From Eledone cirrhosa (Eukaryota), in contig OZ024743.1 of NCBI GenBank assembly GCA_964016885.1, forward strand, positions 330,956,001-331,020,000: 64,000 bases of DNA, written 5' to 3'. The notes beneath the pieces were generated by a model. That model saw only the letters and a program-made list of their open reading frames with translations, was not told where the DNA came from and did no database searches. The position numbers and the translations under genes were made by a program. This document shows positions 39,676-53,544 of this stretch, piece by piece. Position 1 is the first letter of the stretch. Each line of letters opens with the position of its first letter.

Positions 39676-40589
39676 CAGGGAAGACAGACATTCCAAAAGA
39701 CATATTCCTCTCTGGGCATATTTACAATGAGAAGGAGGGGGGAGAGTATTAGGCAAGAGATAGATAGATAGATAAATAGAGAGAGAGAGAGACCCTCAAT
39801 GACACCTTTTAGAGTACATCTACATCTAGAGTGGGAGAGAAGGAAGACCAGGATATGAGTAGGAAGAAGAAAAAGAGGAGAGAGGGGCAGGGGAGAGAGA
39901 GGGGGGGTAGAGAAGATGGGAGAACCTGCTAGTCTCTTACTATGGCAACCTGTTCAATTCATGCCATAGAAAACATGAATGACATGACAATGATGATGAT
40001 GATTGTGCCAAATTAACAATCATTAGCAGATCCAAAGAATGCTTTTAAGTATTTGCTCTGGTTCTAAATACTCTGAGTTTAAATCCTGCTGAAGTCAATT
40101 TTGCCTTTCATTCTTTTGAAGTTAATATATATATTACCAGTGAAGTCTTCATCATCATCATTTTACATTTGTTTTTCAATGCCTGCATGGGTTTGATGGG
40201 TTCTCTCCAGCACAACCTGCTACCACTTGTTTCATTCTTCCATCAACTCCTCAACTTTTTTGCCAGGTTCACCATTTTGAGATCCTCTCTAGCCCCCTCT
40301 AACCATGTTTTTCTAGGTCTTCCACTGCAGCAGCTTTCTTCCTCCAGCATCTTCTAGCATTTCATCACCCACAGAACAACATCTACACATGTCACATGTC
40401 CATACCTTGCACACTGCATCTATGCATTGTCGTTCATTAACATTACACACCTAACAGAGGAGCATTCTTGCTTTAATTCTATCTTGCTTCAACATATCCT
40501 CTGCCATCAACATCACACTCTCATGTGAGAAAACCCTTTTGTTATCAACAGAGGTAATAGCTCCCTGATCTTCTTCCAACATGTTTTGA

Positions 40590-40822
40590 TTCTAGCTACA
40601 ACTCCTTGTTTAAAACCATCCTTCAGGGCACAGTTGAGGGAGGGAGAAGAAGAGGTAGATAAAGAAAATCCTGGTCCAACAACATCAAAGACTGGACTGG
40701 TCACAACACTAACACCCTTCAATGCCTGATGGAGAATAGAGATCTGTGGGAATGGCTAACTACAAAAGCATCAAGAGTGGCATCCCAGCAACTGGTTGCA
40801 CTAATGGCACATCTAAAGTAAC
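40590..40822 (+). mobile_element. RTE LINE 3' ORF end
   Basis: KTILQGTVEGGRRRGR*RKSWSNNIKDWTG...SRVASQQLVALMAHLK*. Other RTE remnants lie at 40150-40570 (-), 41740-41975 (+) and 42050-42410 (-). Confidence 0.75.
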
Positions 40823-41710
40823 ATCCCTATGACTGGCTGCACTAATGGCACATCTAAAATAACATCCCTATGACTGGCTGTACCAGTGGCACATTTAAAG
40901 TGGGATCCCAAAGACTGGCTGCACAAGTGGAACCGCTATGACTGGCTGCACCAGTGGCACATCTAGAGTGGGACCCCAACGACTGGCTGCACCAGTGGAC
41001 ATCTAGAGTGGCACCCCAACGACTGGCTACACCAGTGGAACCCCTATGACTGGCTGCACCAGTGGCACATCTAGAGTGACACCCCTATGACTGGCTGCAC
41101 CAGTGGCACATCTAGAGTGACACCCCTATGACTGGCTGCACCAGTGGAACATCTAGAGTGGCACCCCAACGACTGGCTGCACCAGTGGCACATCTAGAGT
41201 GACACCCCTATGACTGGCTGCACCAGTGGAACATCTAGAGTGGCACCCCAACGACTGGCTGCACCAGTGGCACATCTAGAGTGACACCCCTATGACTGGC
41301 TGCACCAGTGGCACATCTAGAGTGGCACCCCAACGACTGACTGCACCAGTGGCACATCTAGAGTGACACCCCTATGACTGGCTGCACCAGTGGCACATCT
41401 AGAGTGACACCCCTATGACTGGCTGCACCAGTGGCACATCTAGAGTGACACCCCTATGACTGGCTGCACCAGTGGCACATCTAGAGTGACACCCCTATGA
41501 CTGGCTGCACCAGTGGCACATCTAGAGTGACACCCCTATGACTGGCTGCACCAGTGGCACATCTAGAGTGACACCCCTATGACTGGCTGCACCAGTGGCA
41601 CATCTAGAGTGACACCCCTATGACTGGCTGCACCAGTGGCACATCTAGAGTGACACCCCTATGACTGACTGCACCAGTGGACATCTAGAGTGGCACCCCA
41701 ACAACTGGCT
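40775..41710 (+). repeat. 41-bp minisatellite GACTGGCTGCACCAGTGGCACATCTAGAGTGACACCCCTAT (~23 copies)
   Basis: Period 41 (41581 to 41622). The first unit overlaps the RTE ORF end. Confidence 0.95.
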
Positions 41711-42427
41711 GGGAACATGACATTACACTTAACCTCACTGACATTGAGAAGAATGAGGTCCAGGAATATTATTAAGAGAGGTTGATGAATGTAGGTAATG
41801 AGTGGAGGGAAGAGGGACTACTCCCACTAGACTCAACACACAACAGAGGAGTTGGCTATTGAAGTTGACAGCTAGAGATTTAAAGAAGCAATTAGGGAGG
41901 GGTGGGGCTGAAACATGGTAAAGCTGTTGGACCATCAAAGATAGTCACTGAGATGTCGAAATATTCTGGAGAATTAGTTACTTTTATCTTATTTTTATTC
42001 TTGTCCCTGTTATTATTGATGGGGGGGGGGGTTATTATGACATTGTTATACTTCCGAAAGAGTGCAGCCATTGTTTGTCTGCTTCCTCCAGGTACTGCAG
42101 TCCTCAGTTAAGTCATGTCATGTTGCGAGGTTGAAGCCAAAAGTGTTCAGATCTTCTTTAATGCAGTCATTCCAGCACTTCCATGGGTGGCCTCTGCTTA
42201 TCTTGCCACTTGTTAGTTCACCAATCAGGAGTTGCTTTGGAATCTTCCATTTGGTATACATAGCCGAGCCATCTAAGATGGCTGATCAGGATCATTGTTT
42301 CAACCTTAGTTCTCCTTGTACAGCATACAACCTCTCTATTTGTCCTCATATGCCACCATCTTATTTTATGTATCTGGCACAAAAAGCGTTAATGGAAGGC
42401 TTCTAATTTACAGTTACTCGTATATTA

Positions 42428-42741
42428 AATGGCACTCCGTCGGTTACAAGTTTTCCAGTTGATCCAATCAATGGAACAGCCTGCTTGTGAAATTAAAATA
42501 CAAGTGGCTGAGTATTCCTCAGACACATGCCCTTAATGTAATTCTTAGGGAGATTCAGCATGACACAGAATGTGACAAGGCTGGCCCTTTGAATTACACG
42601 TACAACTCATTTTTGCCAGCTCTATAGACTGCAGCAATGTGAAACAAGGTGACCTGCTCAATGACACATGTTGCTGGGAATCAAACTCAAGACTATATGA
42701 TTGTGAGCCAAATACCCTCACCACAAAGCCACGTGCCTTCA
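42428..42741 (-). mobile_element. tRNA-derived SINE with long tail
   Basis: Head related to the 13797 family and tail shared with 23720-23890. Further degraded SINEs lie at 23720-24045 (-), 27968-28155 (-), 38800-38885 (-) and 60355-60465 (+). Confidence 0.8.
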
Positions 42742-43062
42742 CTTAGTTACTACCTACTGACTAGTACAGTAGTGTAACAGTTGGTGAACCGTTAGAAAGG
42801 AAAAGGTGGTGCTCTAGAAAGGAGTACTCAATACCAAAATAGAGTTTTAATATATATTTCATTAAAGTTGAACAGTGAGTCTTGTTACTCAGGTGTTTCA
42901 CCTGTTTATCAGAGGGTCTGTCATATGACCCTGTGATAAATAGGTGACACTCCAGAGAAACAAGACTCACTGTTCAGCCTTAATAAAATGAATATATATA
43001 TATATATATATATATATTAATTAAAAATATTAATAAATATAGACATTCATGTGATCAAATAT

Positions 43063-43126
43063 ATTTTATTATATATATTTCTGAGGTACTGTGCTGTTTC
43101 CTCAGTACCTCCTCATCAGATAAAAT
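43063..43126 (-). ncRNA. Type I hammerhead ribozyme, canonical core
   Basis: ATTTTAT-CTGATGA-g-GAGGTACTG-aggaaacagca-CAGTACCTC-a-GAAA-TATAT-ATA-ATAAAAT: 7-bp stem I and 9-bp stem II. Confidence 0.8.
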
Positions 43127-43208
43127 AAATTGATGTCTGACATACCTCAACTGTGCTGATGGTTCAATTCAAGTCTTGGCAGTGAAGGAGCATATATATA
43201 TATATATG

Positions 43209-44590
43209 TATGCCTTCAGCCTTGATGTTGTCGCTCTCTACACCTCAGTCCCGGCACTCCCGGCCGTCAATATACTGATGGAACGCGTCCAATCCACCGA
43301 CTTCCACTGCTTCGGGCTCACCACCACTGACATCCACCAACTCCTATCCATCGTCGTCGACAACACCTACTTTGGATTCCTTGACCAAACATACCAACAA
43401 ACCTCGGGATTGCCCATAGGATCAAGCCTATCAGGTGTGCTAGCGATCTCTTACATTGTCCATGTAAGAGATCGCTAGGCACTCAACGCCTGCCACCCCA
43501 ACGCCGTAGCCTTTTTCTCAAGGTACGTGGACGATATCCTCATCCTCACATCTTCCCAAGACACGGTGAACAGAATCTATGAGACGTTCAACAACACGGA
43601 CGAGAACATTGACTTCAGTGTTGAACACCCCAACGAAGACGGGTCACTTGCCCTCCTCGACTTCCGAATCAACATCACAGAACAGGGAAGGATCCACTGC
43701 AATTTCTACCGAAAGGCAGCCTGCAGGGACCTGTTCGTTCACTACAAGTCCGCCCTCCCTAACAGTGCCAAAAGAGGATACATCACGAACGAGATCGCGC
43801 AAATCAAAAACATGCAGCGATCCCGCGAGTGGTGTCACTCATACCAAGCGATTCCTCGAGGTGCTGGAGACGAACGGGTACCCTACCTCGATCACAGACA
43901 GAATAGGAGACACCAGACACAAGAGACAGAGAGGCACCCAAGGCAAGTGCTTCCTTAAAATTCCACATCTGGGCGAGAATACCACCAACGCTATCCACAA
44001 GGCTATACAGAGGGAGGGCCTCGACATCCACCTGGCCCACTCGGGCCCCTCCCTGCGAAGATGCCTCTCCAAGAAACCCGGGAAATCTACCGACGCATGC
44101 TCCCTCAGAGACTGCCCGATACGCCGAGATGGCTGGTTTAAGTTAACAAACGATGTAGCAACATACAACACACGCACACACAAACGAGACAACTACACAC
44201 ACACACACACACAGTAGCATTCCACCATACGAACATACTACACTGCCAATACAGAGGAACAAGGCAACTACACATGCACACACACACACTCAAGCGAGAC
44301 AACACACACACACACAGTAACATTTAACAATCAGGCAGAGAATGGACTGACAGCTAGCGCCACCCCACTCCCTCATTCGGCCGCTGACATCTGCCCGACC
44401 GACCCCATTTCACGTGCACGCGCGCTCTGCTGAATACCTCAGATATTCAAAACAACAAACAGCGGAGGACGCGTTTTGCACCTGTCCAACAGACAACCTT
44501 TACCCCGGAAAAAAAAACCCAGTTGATGGATGTGAATCCGAAATATATAGGGACTATTAAATCTCTCCCAAGGTAACTCTTTCTTGTGTT
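43209..44590 (+). mobile_element. Penelope-like element, 5'-truncated RT pseudogene with deleted endonuclease
   Basis: FSLDVVALYTSVP...YQQTSGLPIGSSLSGVLA...RYVDDILIL...FSVEHP...LLDFRI...FYRK...NGYP...LKIPHLG...CSLRDCP. One in-frame stop (43476-43478), one frameshift near 43810, and a decayed HHR at 44518-44552. Confidence 0.9.
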
Positions 44591-45049
44591 GTTATTTTTA
44601 TTTTATCCTTTATACTCTTCCCTTCTTTCTTCTACACATTTACACACCACGCATCTCAACGTACACCCACTTACATCTCTCTCTCTCCACCACCGGATCT
44701 TGTTACCCGGAGATTTACCCTTTTGCATTGTCGAGGCTTCCAAACGACTTAAAGATATTTATATATGTATATATATATATGCTCCTACTCATCATCATCA
44801 TTATTGGTTTACATCTGCTTTACCATGATATCCTTCTATAAAAGGGTGTGCATGCACACGCACACACATACACACACACACACACATATATATATATAGT
44901 GGCAGAACACTGGTGGATTACATCCGCAGTAGTAGAGCCCTCAGTCCATGGGACGAGTATGGTTGATGTACTTCAAACCGAGCTGATGATCTGTTATGGT
45001 GGAACAAATTGTCTTCAGAAATGGTTTTCTAACTGTTGTGGAACTACTT

Positions 45050-45292
45050 ATCATCATCATCATCATCGTTTAACGTCCATCTTCCACGCTTGCATGGGTT
45101 TGGACGGGAGTTTTCCCACTTGAGGCAAGATTGGTTGTCTCGCTCGTATAGGACTGTCTGGCGGGTTTTCTACGGCTGGATGCCTTTCCTAACACCAACC
45201 ACGTTTACAGTGTGGACTGGGAGGTTTTTACCGTGTTACCTACACGGCCACATTACAGCGTGGACTGTGTGTTTTTTTTTGTCGTGACACCT
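45050..45292 (-). mobile_element. RTE 3' UTR fragment
   Basis: Near-identical to 60550-60790. Related pieces lie at 47700-47895 and 48410-48570. Confidence 0.85.
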
Positions 45293-46035
45293 ACATATAT
45301 ATATATATATGTAGAGACACCGTTTTAATGTACATTGGAATAATAAATTTAGTTATAGAAATCAGCTAGTTACCTCCCCTCACGCATTAACTCCCCTTAA
45401 TCACACACACACTTCCGGAAAATAAAACGATGTTAATTCTCGCAACAAAAACAACCTGCTCTATAAAATTGGATTAAAGAACAACAAGCTGTAATAATCT
45501 AGCCTAATTCATCAAGCATCCAATACTGAATCATCGTTGATTATGTGAAGGACATATAATCTATATATTACGTTTCCTGGATTGTGAAAATGGTGGTGTA
45601 TACGAAAACTATAACATTATTTTGCTTCTCATTTTAAATATTTCTCTGCACACAAGCTTCTTTATCATACATAAAAAATACTTTAACAATACAACCCCCA
45701 TAATACTCTTGATTGCCCGCTTAAAGTGCTTGTATTACATATAACACCTTGCCGCACTATAATCTTATATAAATAAGACACACGTGCATGCCCCACGTGT
45801 AACTATTGCATACACTAACTACTTCAAACTATCCTCTTGCATTATCCTCGTAAACTGCCGATGTTGTATTTTAACTTTAATTTTCTTTTAATATGATTTT
45901 AATTTTTGAATGTAAAGTGCCATGCTATAATATTATAATGGATGTCACCCCACTGTGCATCGATATATACATATGTTTCTGTATGTCTCTTGTGTTGAAA
46001 AGGAGGTCATGTATGTAAACAATCATTGAAAAATT

Positions 46036-46080
46036 GCTCCGAAGACTCCAAACCTCGGTTTGGACGAAACAATTGTAAGC
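46036..46080 (+). ncRNA. Type I hammerhead ribozyme (U4C)
   Basis: GCT-CCGAAGA-c-TCCAAACC-tc-GGTTTGGA-c-GAAAC-AATT-GTA-AGC, then AATAAA at 46082-46087 and a (TA)n tract. Confidence 0.7.
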
Positions 46081-46115
46081 TAATAAATGGTTTGAACAGA
46101 ACTTTGATTCATGTA

Positions 46116-46175
<60 letters not shown>

Positions 46176-46591
46176 TGATGATTATGATTATATATAAGGT
46201 ATCTTTACCAAAACACTGCCACTGTACTTATTTAATAACTATTATGTGTGCACTCTGAACCTTGGGATGCAGTTTCACAACCGCAAGCTTATTGTCTCAT
46301 TGAGTGAGTGGATCATGGCCGGAGGTCGTTGAAATAACTTCAGTGACTTTCATAAACGGTGTATATATATTATTCATCATCAACACTGTTTAACATCCAT
46401 TTTCAATGCTTGTATGGGTTAGACACCATAACCTGAGTTGGTTTTCTCGTTGCTTTGGTCCTTGCGGCTCGCTTACCAGTCGCAATCTTCAATTTGCCAA
46501 GCTGTCTAAACGTAATGTTATTACTCTAAGGTAAAATACCTTATTGAGTGCTTAGCTGCAGCCGGAGCTTCGATTATGCTGAACTTCCATT

Positions 46592-46650
<59 letters not shown>

Positions 46651-46728
46651 AGATTCAGGACCCCGACGGCTGAGCTCCGGCAGTTTCAACAGCTTGATCA
46701 TACATACATACATACACACACACATATA

Positions 46729-46768
<40 letters not shown>

Positions 46769-47319
46769 CACACACACACATACATATACAGGCACACAAA
46801 CATATTCCCAGCCAGACATATGTAAATATAAATATATGTGGGACAACTCCCGTCTAACCCATGCTAACGTGGAAAATAGCCATTAAACGATGATGATGAT
46901 GATGCACACATGAACACACACCTACACATGTTTAATCAAAGAGAGGACATGAAGAGTTTACCACCCCCTCCCCGACAGACAGGCAGCCAGAAGATTAATT
47001 ACATGACAGTTGAAAGTTTCAATGAATTCAAACACAATAAGAATCCCTTCTGCTATGACAGCATCAGTGTTAAAGTATTAAAATCTGGATTTATCTGTCT
47101 GACATTACAATCTCAGTCTCATACACTAATACTTAGCACCAGATGTCTTGGCTATATATATATCTAGGGAGTGTAACTTGGAGTTACTGTAGGTTCACCC
47201 GGGTGAGCAGTCGATGTTTAGGTTCACTTCAGTGTCGAGGTGTAGAGCTAGACAGAGTGTATTATAGTGAAATAAGATAACAAGAACGATTGGTTACTCC
47301 TTTATTATGTTTATTGGCT

Positions 47320-47407
47320 GGTGATGCGCATTTCGCCACTGATCAGCTCAAGGTTCGATCTGTATCGATCTGACGCAACTTTGTAATCCACGGCTCATCG
47401 TCAGACC
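47320..47407 (-). ncRNA. Type I hammerhead ribozyme with 3 extra nt after the core
   Basis: GGT-CTGACGA-tga-GCC...GGC-GAAA-TGCGC-ATC-ACC followed by AATAAA, with palindromic stem III (ATGCGCAT). Confidence 0.65.
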
Positions 47408-47441
47408 CCTTGTAATGTTAATGGACAAAATCTTATTTCAC

Positions 47442-47474
<33 letters not shown>

Positions 47475-48194
47475 GCATTACGTAATTCCGAAGGAAAAGC
47501 AAAGGAAAAAAGAGTTCTCTATGTATAGAACAGAGCTATTCAATTAGAAAGCGAACAACACAAAATATAACTATTCCATCCAGATGTATATTATTATTGC
47601 CTGGGGTCCAGAAACCTTTGGTAATGGAGTAGTTATATTTTGTGTTGTTCACTTTCTAACTAAATATATATACACACACACGTGTAGGCGCCACAGAATA
47701 GAAAAAAAGCGCCCAGCACTCACTGTAAATGAGGTTGGTGTTAGGAAGGGCATCCAGCTGTAGAAATCAAGCCAGAATCAGTTCCCGTATGAGCAAGATA
47801 AGGTCAGCTGACCGGGCACTGCCCACAACAGGATAACCCGTCTAACCCATGTTAGCGTGGAAGAATGGAAATAAAATGGTGATGATGATGATGATGATAT
47901 ATACAGGCCCAGATTAATGAAGAAAGTGTGGAGGTCCTTATAGAACCCATCCATAGCTCTGGGGTTAATTTTGTGCAAAGAAAAAAGACCATCACTGCCG
48001 TATCTTTAGCTATATGTATGTATGTGTGTGTGTGCACCTATGTGAGTGTGAGTAAGAGAAACCAAACGCAAATCAGTTCTGTATGAGAAAGACATGGTCA
48101 TCTGACCTGCCTTGTCTCACAATGGGACAACTTGTCTAACCCATGCTGGCAGGAAAAATAGACATTAAACAGTGATGATTTATGTGTGTATATA

Positions 48195-48242
<48 letters not shown>

Positions 48243-49152
48243 AATCATCATTAATGTCTATTTTTCCTGCCAGCATGGGTTAGACAAGTTGTCCCATTGT
48301 GAGACAAGCCAGGTCAGATGACCATGTCTTTCTCATACAGAACTGATTTGCATTTGGTTTCTCTTACTCTCTCTCTCTCTCGCATATACTCTCTTCAATC
48401 TAAAGCTTTTACACTCCACTGTAAATGTGGTTGGTGTTAAGAAGGGCATCCAGCCATAGAAACAAAGCCAGAAACAGTTCCATGTGGGTAAGACACTTGA
48501 CCTGACGTGTTTCATAATGTGACAACATATCAAACCCACGTAAGCTTGGAAAACAATGATGATGATTTAAACCACAGTATCTTTCACAGTTTAAAATGAG
48601 GATTCAACCAATCAAATTCGTCTTCAGACTCATCACAGGTCACTTACCTCCCTTTCATACATTTTTCATGATGGTGAAAGATAATGACAGAAAACTACAT
48701 AATATTTACTACTTTACACCTCACAACACACATGCACACTTGCACACATACATATGCACACACACACAAACACACAATTTACAATACACACACATATGCA
48801 TACATACATGCACACCTCACAAAACACACACATACAGATGCGCACACATGCATGCACACTTCACAACACACACACTCATGCACACCTCGCAACACACACA
48901 CTCACCCAACAACACACACACACCTCACAACACACACACTCTCTTCAATCTAAAACTTTCACATACAATTGAATTAGGGCAAGTATTTATTTATTTATTT
49001 TTCATATGACGAGATGAAAGCTCAGCTAATTGGCACATATTTTAATTAAGAAACTGGAAGCAATATATATATATATGTGTGTGTGTGTAGATATATACAT
49101 ATATATATATATACAGACGTAAAATGATGATGATGATGATATACAGACACAA

Positions 49153-49197
<45 letters not shown>

Positions 49198-49414
49198 GAG
49201 ACACATATGCAGACACACTCTTATATATATATATATATATATATAGTGTGTGTGTCTGTATAGATTTATATACACATATTGTTATATATGTAGGTACACA
49301 CACACACACACATATGCGTGTGTGTGTGTAGGTGTGTGTGTAAAAACATATCATTAAAAAGACAATGATATATACATATATACACATATATATATCATCA
49401 TCACCATTTTTATG

Positions 49415-50197
49415 TCTGCATATATATATATAAATACATATATATATATATATAAATACATATATATATATATATAAATACACATATATATATATATAAA
49501 TACATATATATATATATATAAATACATATATATATATATATAAATACATATATATATATATATATAAATACATATATATAAATACATATATATATATATA
49601 TATAAATACATATATATATATATATATATAAATACATATATATATATATATATATAAATACATATATATAAATATATATATAAATACATATATATAAATA
49701 CATATATATATATATATAAATACATATATATATAAATATATATAAATACATATATATATAAATATATATAAATACATATATATATAAATACACATATATA
49801 TATATATAAATACACATATATATATATATAAATACACATATATATATATATAAATACATATATATATAAATACATTTATATATATATATATAAATACATT
49901 TATATATATATATATAAATACATTTATATATATATATAAATACATATATATATATATAAATACATATATATATATATAAATACATATATATATATATAAA
50001 TACATATATATATATATAAATACATATATATATAAATACATATATATATATATAAATACATATATATATATATAAATACATATATATATATATAAATACA
50101 TATATATATATATATATAAATACATATATATATATATATAAATACATATATATATATATAAATACATACATATACATATATATAAATACATATAATT

Positions 50198-50275
<78 letters not shown>

Positions 50276-50419
50276 TTATATATATATATATAAATAAATA
50301 CATATATATATATATATATAAATAAATACATATATATATATATATATATATGTATTTATATATATATATATAAATAAATACATATATATATATATATATA
50401 AATAAATACATATATATAT

Positions 50420-50489
<70 letters not shown>

Positions 50490-50490
50490 C
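49415..50490. repeat. (TA)n punctuated by AATAC at ~16-24-bp intervals
   Basis: Direct reading of the sequence. Confidence 0.95.
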
Positions 50491-50669
50491 ATAGCCATTT
50501 ACTTTAATACTGCCCTCCTCCTCTCCCCCCTCCTCACATGTAACACTAAATCCATGCCACATTCCTGTCCCTAATTAACAAAACATTTTAGAATATTAGC
50601 AATTCTAACTGTTAACATTATTCAATCTTGAGAAATTAATCACACAATATGAAAACCATTCTTCCATTG

Positions 50670-52530
50670 TTATCATCATCACCATCACTATCATCATCAT
50701 TGTCATCACTATGATCATCATCATTATAGCCATCAACATCACTTTCATCTTCATCACCATCAACATCCACATCATCATCATCATTATCATCACTACCATC
50801 AACATCATTATTATTATTATCAACAAAAATCAACATCAGTGTCATTACCATGATCATCACCACCACCACCACCAACATCTCCACCAGCACCACCACCACC
50901 AGCACCACCAACACCTCCACCACCACCACCACCAACATCTCCACCACCACCACCACCAACATCTCCACCACCACCACCACCACCAACATCTCAACCACCA
51001 CCACCACCATCTCCACCACCACCACCAACATCTCAACCACCACCACCCCCACCAACATCTCCACCACCACCACCACCAACATCTCAACCACCACCACCAC
51101 CACCAATATCTCCACCACCACCAACATCTCCACCACCACCTCTCTACCACCACCACCACCACCAACATCTCCACCACCACCACCACCACCACCACCACCA
51201 GCACCAACACCACCAACATCTCCTCCACCACCTCTCTACCACCACCACCACCAACATCTCCACCACCACCACCACCACCACCACCACCAGCACCAACACC
51301 ACCAACATCACCACCACCACCTCTCTACCACCACCACCACCAACATCTCCACCACCACCACCACCACCACCACCACCAGCACCAACATCTCCTCCACCAC
51401 CACCACCAGCACCACCACCACCAACATCACCACCAGCACCACCACCACCACCAACATCTCCACCAGCACCAGCACCAACACCAACATATCCACCACCACC
51501 AACACCAACATATCCACCACCACCACCACCACCACCACCACCAGCACCAACATCTCCTCCACCACCACCACCACCACCACCAGCACCACCACCACCAACA
51601 TCACCACCAGCACCACCACCACCACCAACATCTCCACCACCACCACCACCAACACCAACATATCCACCACCACCAACACCAACATATCCACCACCACCAC
51701 CACCAACACCAACATATCCACCACCACCACCACCAACACCAACATCTCCACCACCAACACCAACATCTCCACCACCACCACCAACATCATCATCATCACT
51801 ATTATCATCACTATTATCACCATCACTATCATCACCATCACTATCATCACCATCACTATCATCACCATCACTATCATCACCATCACTATCATCACCATCA
51901 CTATCATCACCATCACTATCATCACCATCACTATCATCACCATCACTATCATCACCATCACTACCATCACCATCACTATCATCACCATCACTATCATCAC
52001 CATCACTATTATCATCATCACTATTATCATCACTATCATCACCATCACTATTATCATCATCACTATTATCATCATCACTATTATCATCACTATCATCACC
52101 ATCACTATCATCACCATCACTATCATCACCATCACTATCATCACCATCACTATCATCACCATCACTATCATCACCATCACTATCATCACCATCACTATCA
52201 TCACCATCACTATCATCACCATCACTATCATCACCATCACTACCATCACCATCACTATCATCACCATCACTATCATCACCATCACTATTATCATCATCAC
52301 TATTATCATCACTATCATCACCATCACTATCATCACCATCACTATTATCATCATCACCATCACTATTATCATCACTATCATCACCATCACTATTATCATC
52401 AGCACCACCATCACCATCATCGTCACTATTATCATCATCATCATAACTATTATCAACATCAACATCATAATTATCATCACCATCACCATCACCACCACTA
52501 TCATCACCATCATCACCATCACCATCATTT
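50670..52530. repeat. (CAC)n-based repeat, then a 15-bp CATCACTATCATCAC array
   Basis: Direct reading of the sequence; the 15-mer array spans about 51790-52400. Confidence 0.95.
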
Positions 52531-52639
52531 GCATCTGTTTATTTCTATTTCATCACTATTTAATTACAGAATTATTTAAACGACTTTACATAGAGGCGGT
52601 TGTAATTATTAAAGTCATGGCTATGAGAATAGAGAGATA

Positions 52640-52688
<49 letters not shown>

Positions 52689-52904
52689 AGAGGGGTTGTG
52701 GAGATAGATGGAGAGAGAGAGAGAAAGAGAGAGAGAGGTGATAGATAGAGAGAGAGAGGTGATAGAGAGAGAGAGGTGATAGATAAAGAGAGAGAGTAAG
52801 AGGTGATAGAGAGAGAGAGGTGGCAATAATTTCAAAATTGTAATGTGGTGTTAATTAAGGAAGGACAACAGACAATAATACATAATATTAACAATACGGA
52901 AGGG

Positions 52905-53415
52905 TGACAACAACAACAAGGAAGGATAGTAACAACAACAACAAGGAAGGATAGTAACAATAACAACAAGGAAGGATAGTAGCAGTAACAACAAGGAAGG
53001 ATAGTAACAATAACAACAAGGAAGGATAGTAACAACAACAACAACAAGGAAGGATAGTAACAATAACAACAAGGAAGGATAGTAACAACAACAAGGAAGG
53101 ATAGTAACAATAACAAGAAGGAAGGATAGTAACAATAACAACAACAAGGAAGGATAGTAACAATAACAACAACAAGGAAGGATAGTAACAATAACAACAA
53201 CAAGGAAGGATAGTAACAATAACAACAACAAGGAAGGATAGTAACAATAACAACAAGGAAGGATAGTAACAATAACAACAAGGAAGGATAGTAACAATAA
53301 CAACAACAAGGAAGGATAGTAACAATAACAACAACAAGGAAGGATAGTAACAATAACAACAACAAGGAAGGATAGTAACAATAACAACAACAAGGAAGGA
53401 TAGTAACAACAACAA
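52905..53415. repeat. ~22-28-bp minisatellite AAGGAAGGATAGT(AAC/AAT)n
   Basis: About 19 units. Confidence 0.95.
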
Positions 53416-53544
53416 CAGCAATATTGAAGAATGACAACAACAATAATGAAATATAATAACCCTTCCAAACACATGCAAGCATGGAAGATGGACGTTAAAC
53501 GATGATGATGATAACAACAACAATAATGTAGTATGATAATAATA

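Noticed and set aside
40775-41710. CRISPR-like 41-bp repeats
   Set aside because: Spacerless tandem repeat derived from a LINE end.
50711-52640. His-rich (622 aa) and Thr/Ile-rich (596 aa) ORFs resembling cephalopod His-rich structural proteins
   Set aside because: Pure CAC/CAT microsatellite open in several frames, with no signal peptide, Gly/Ala motifs or splice evidence.
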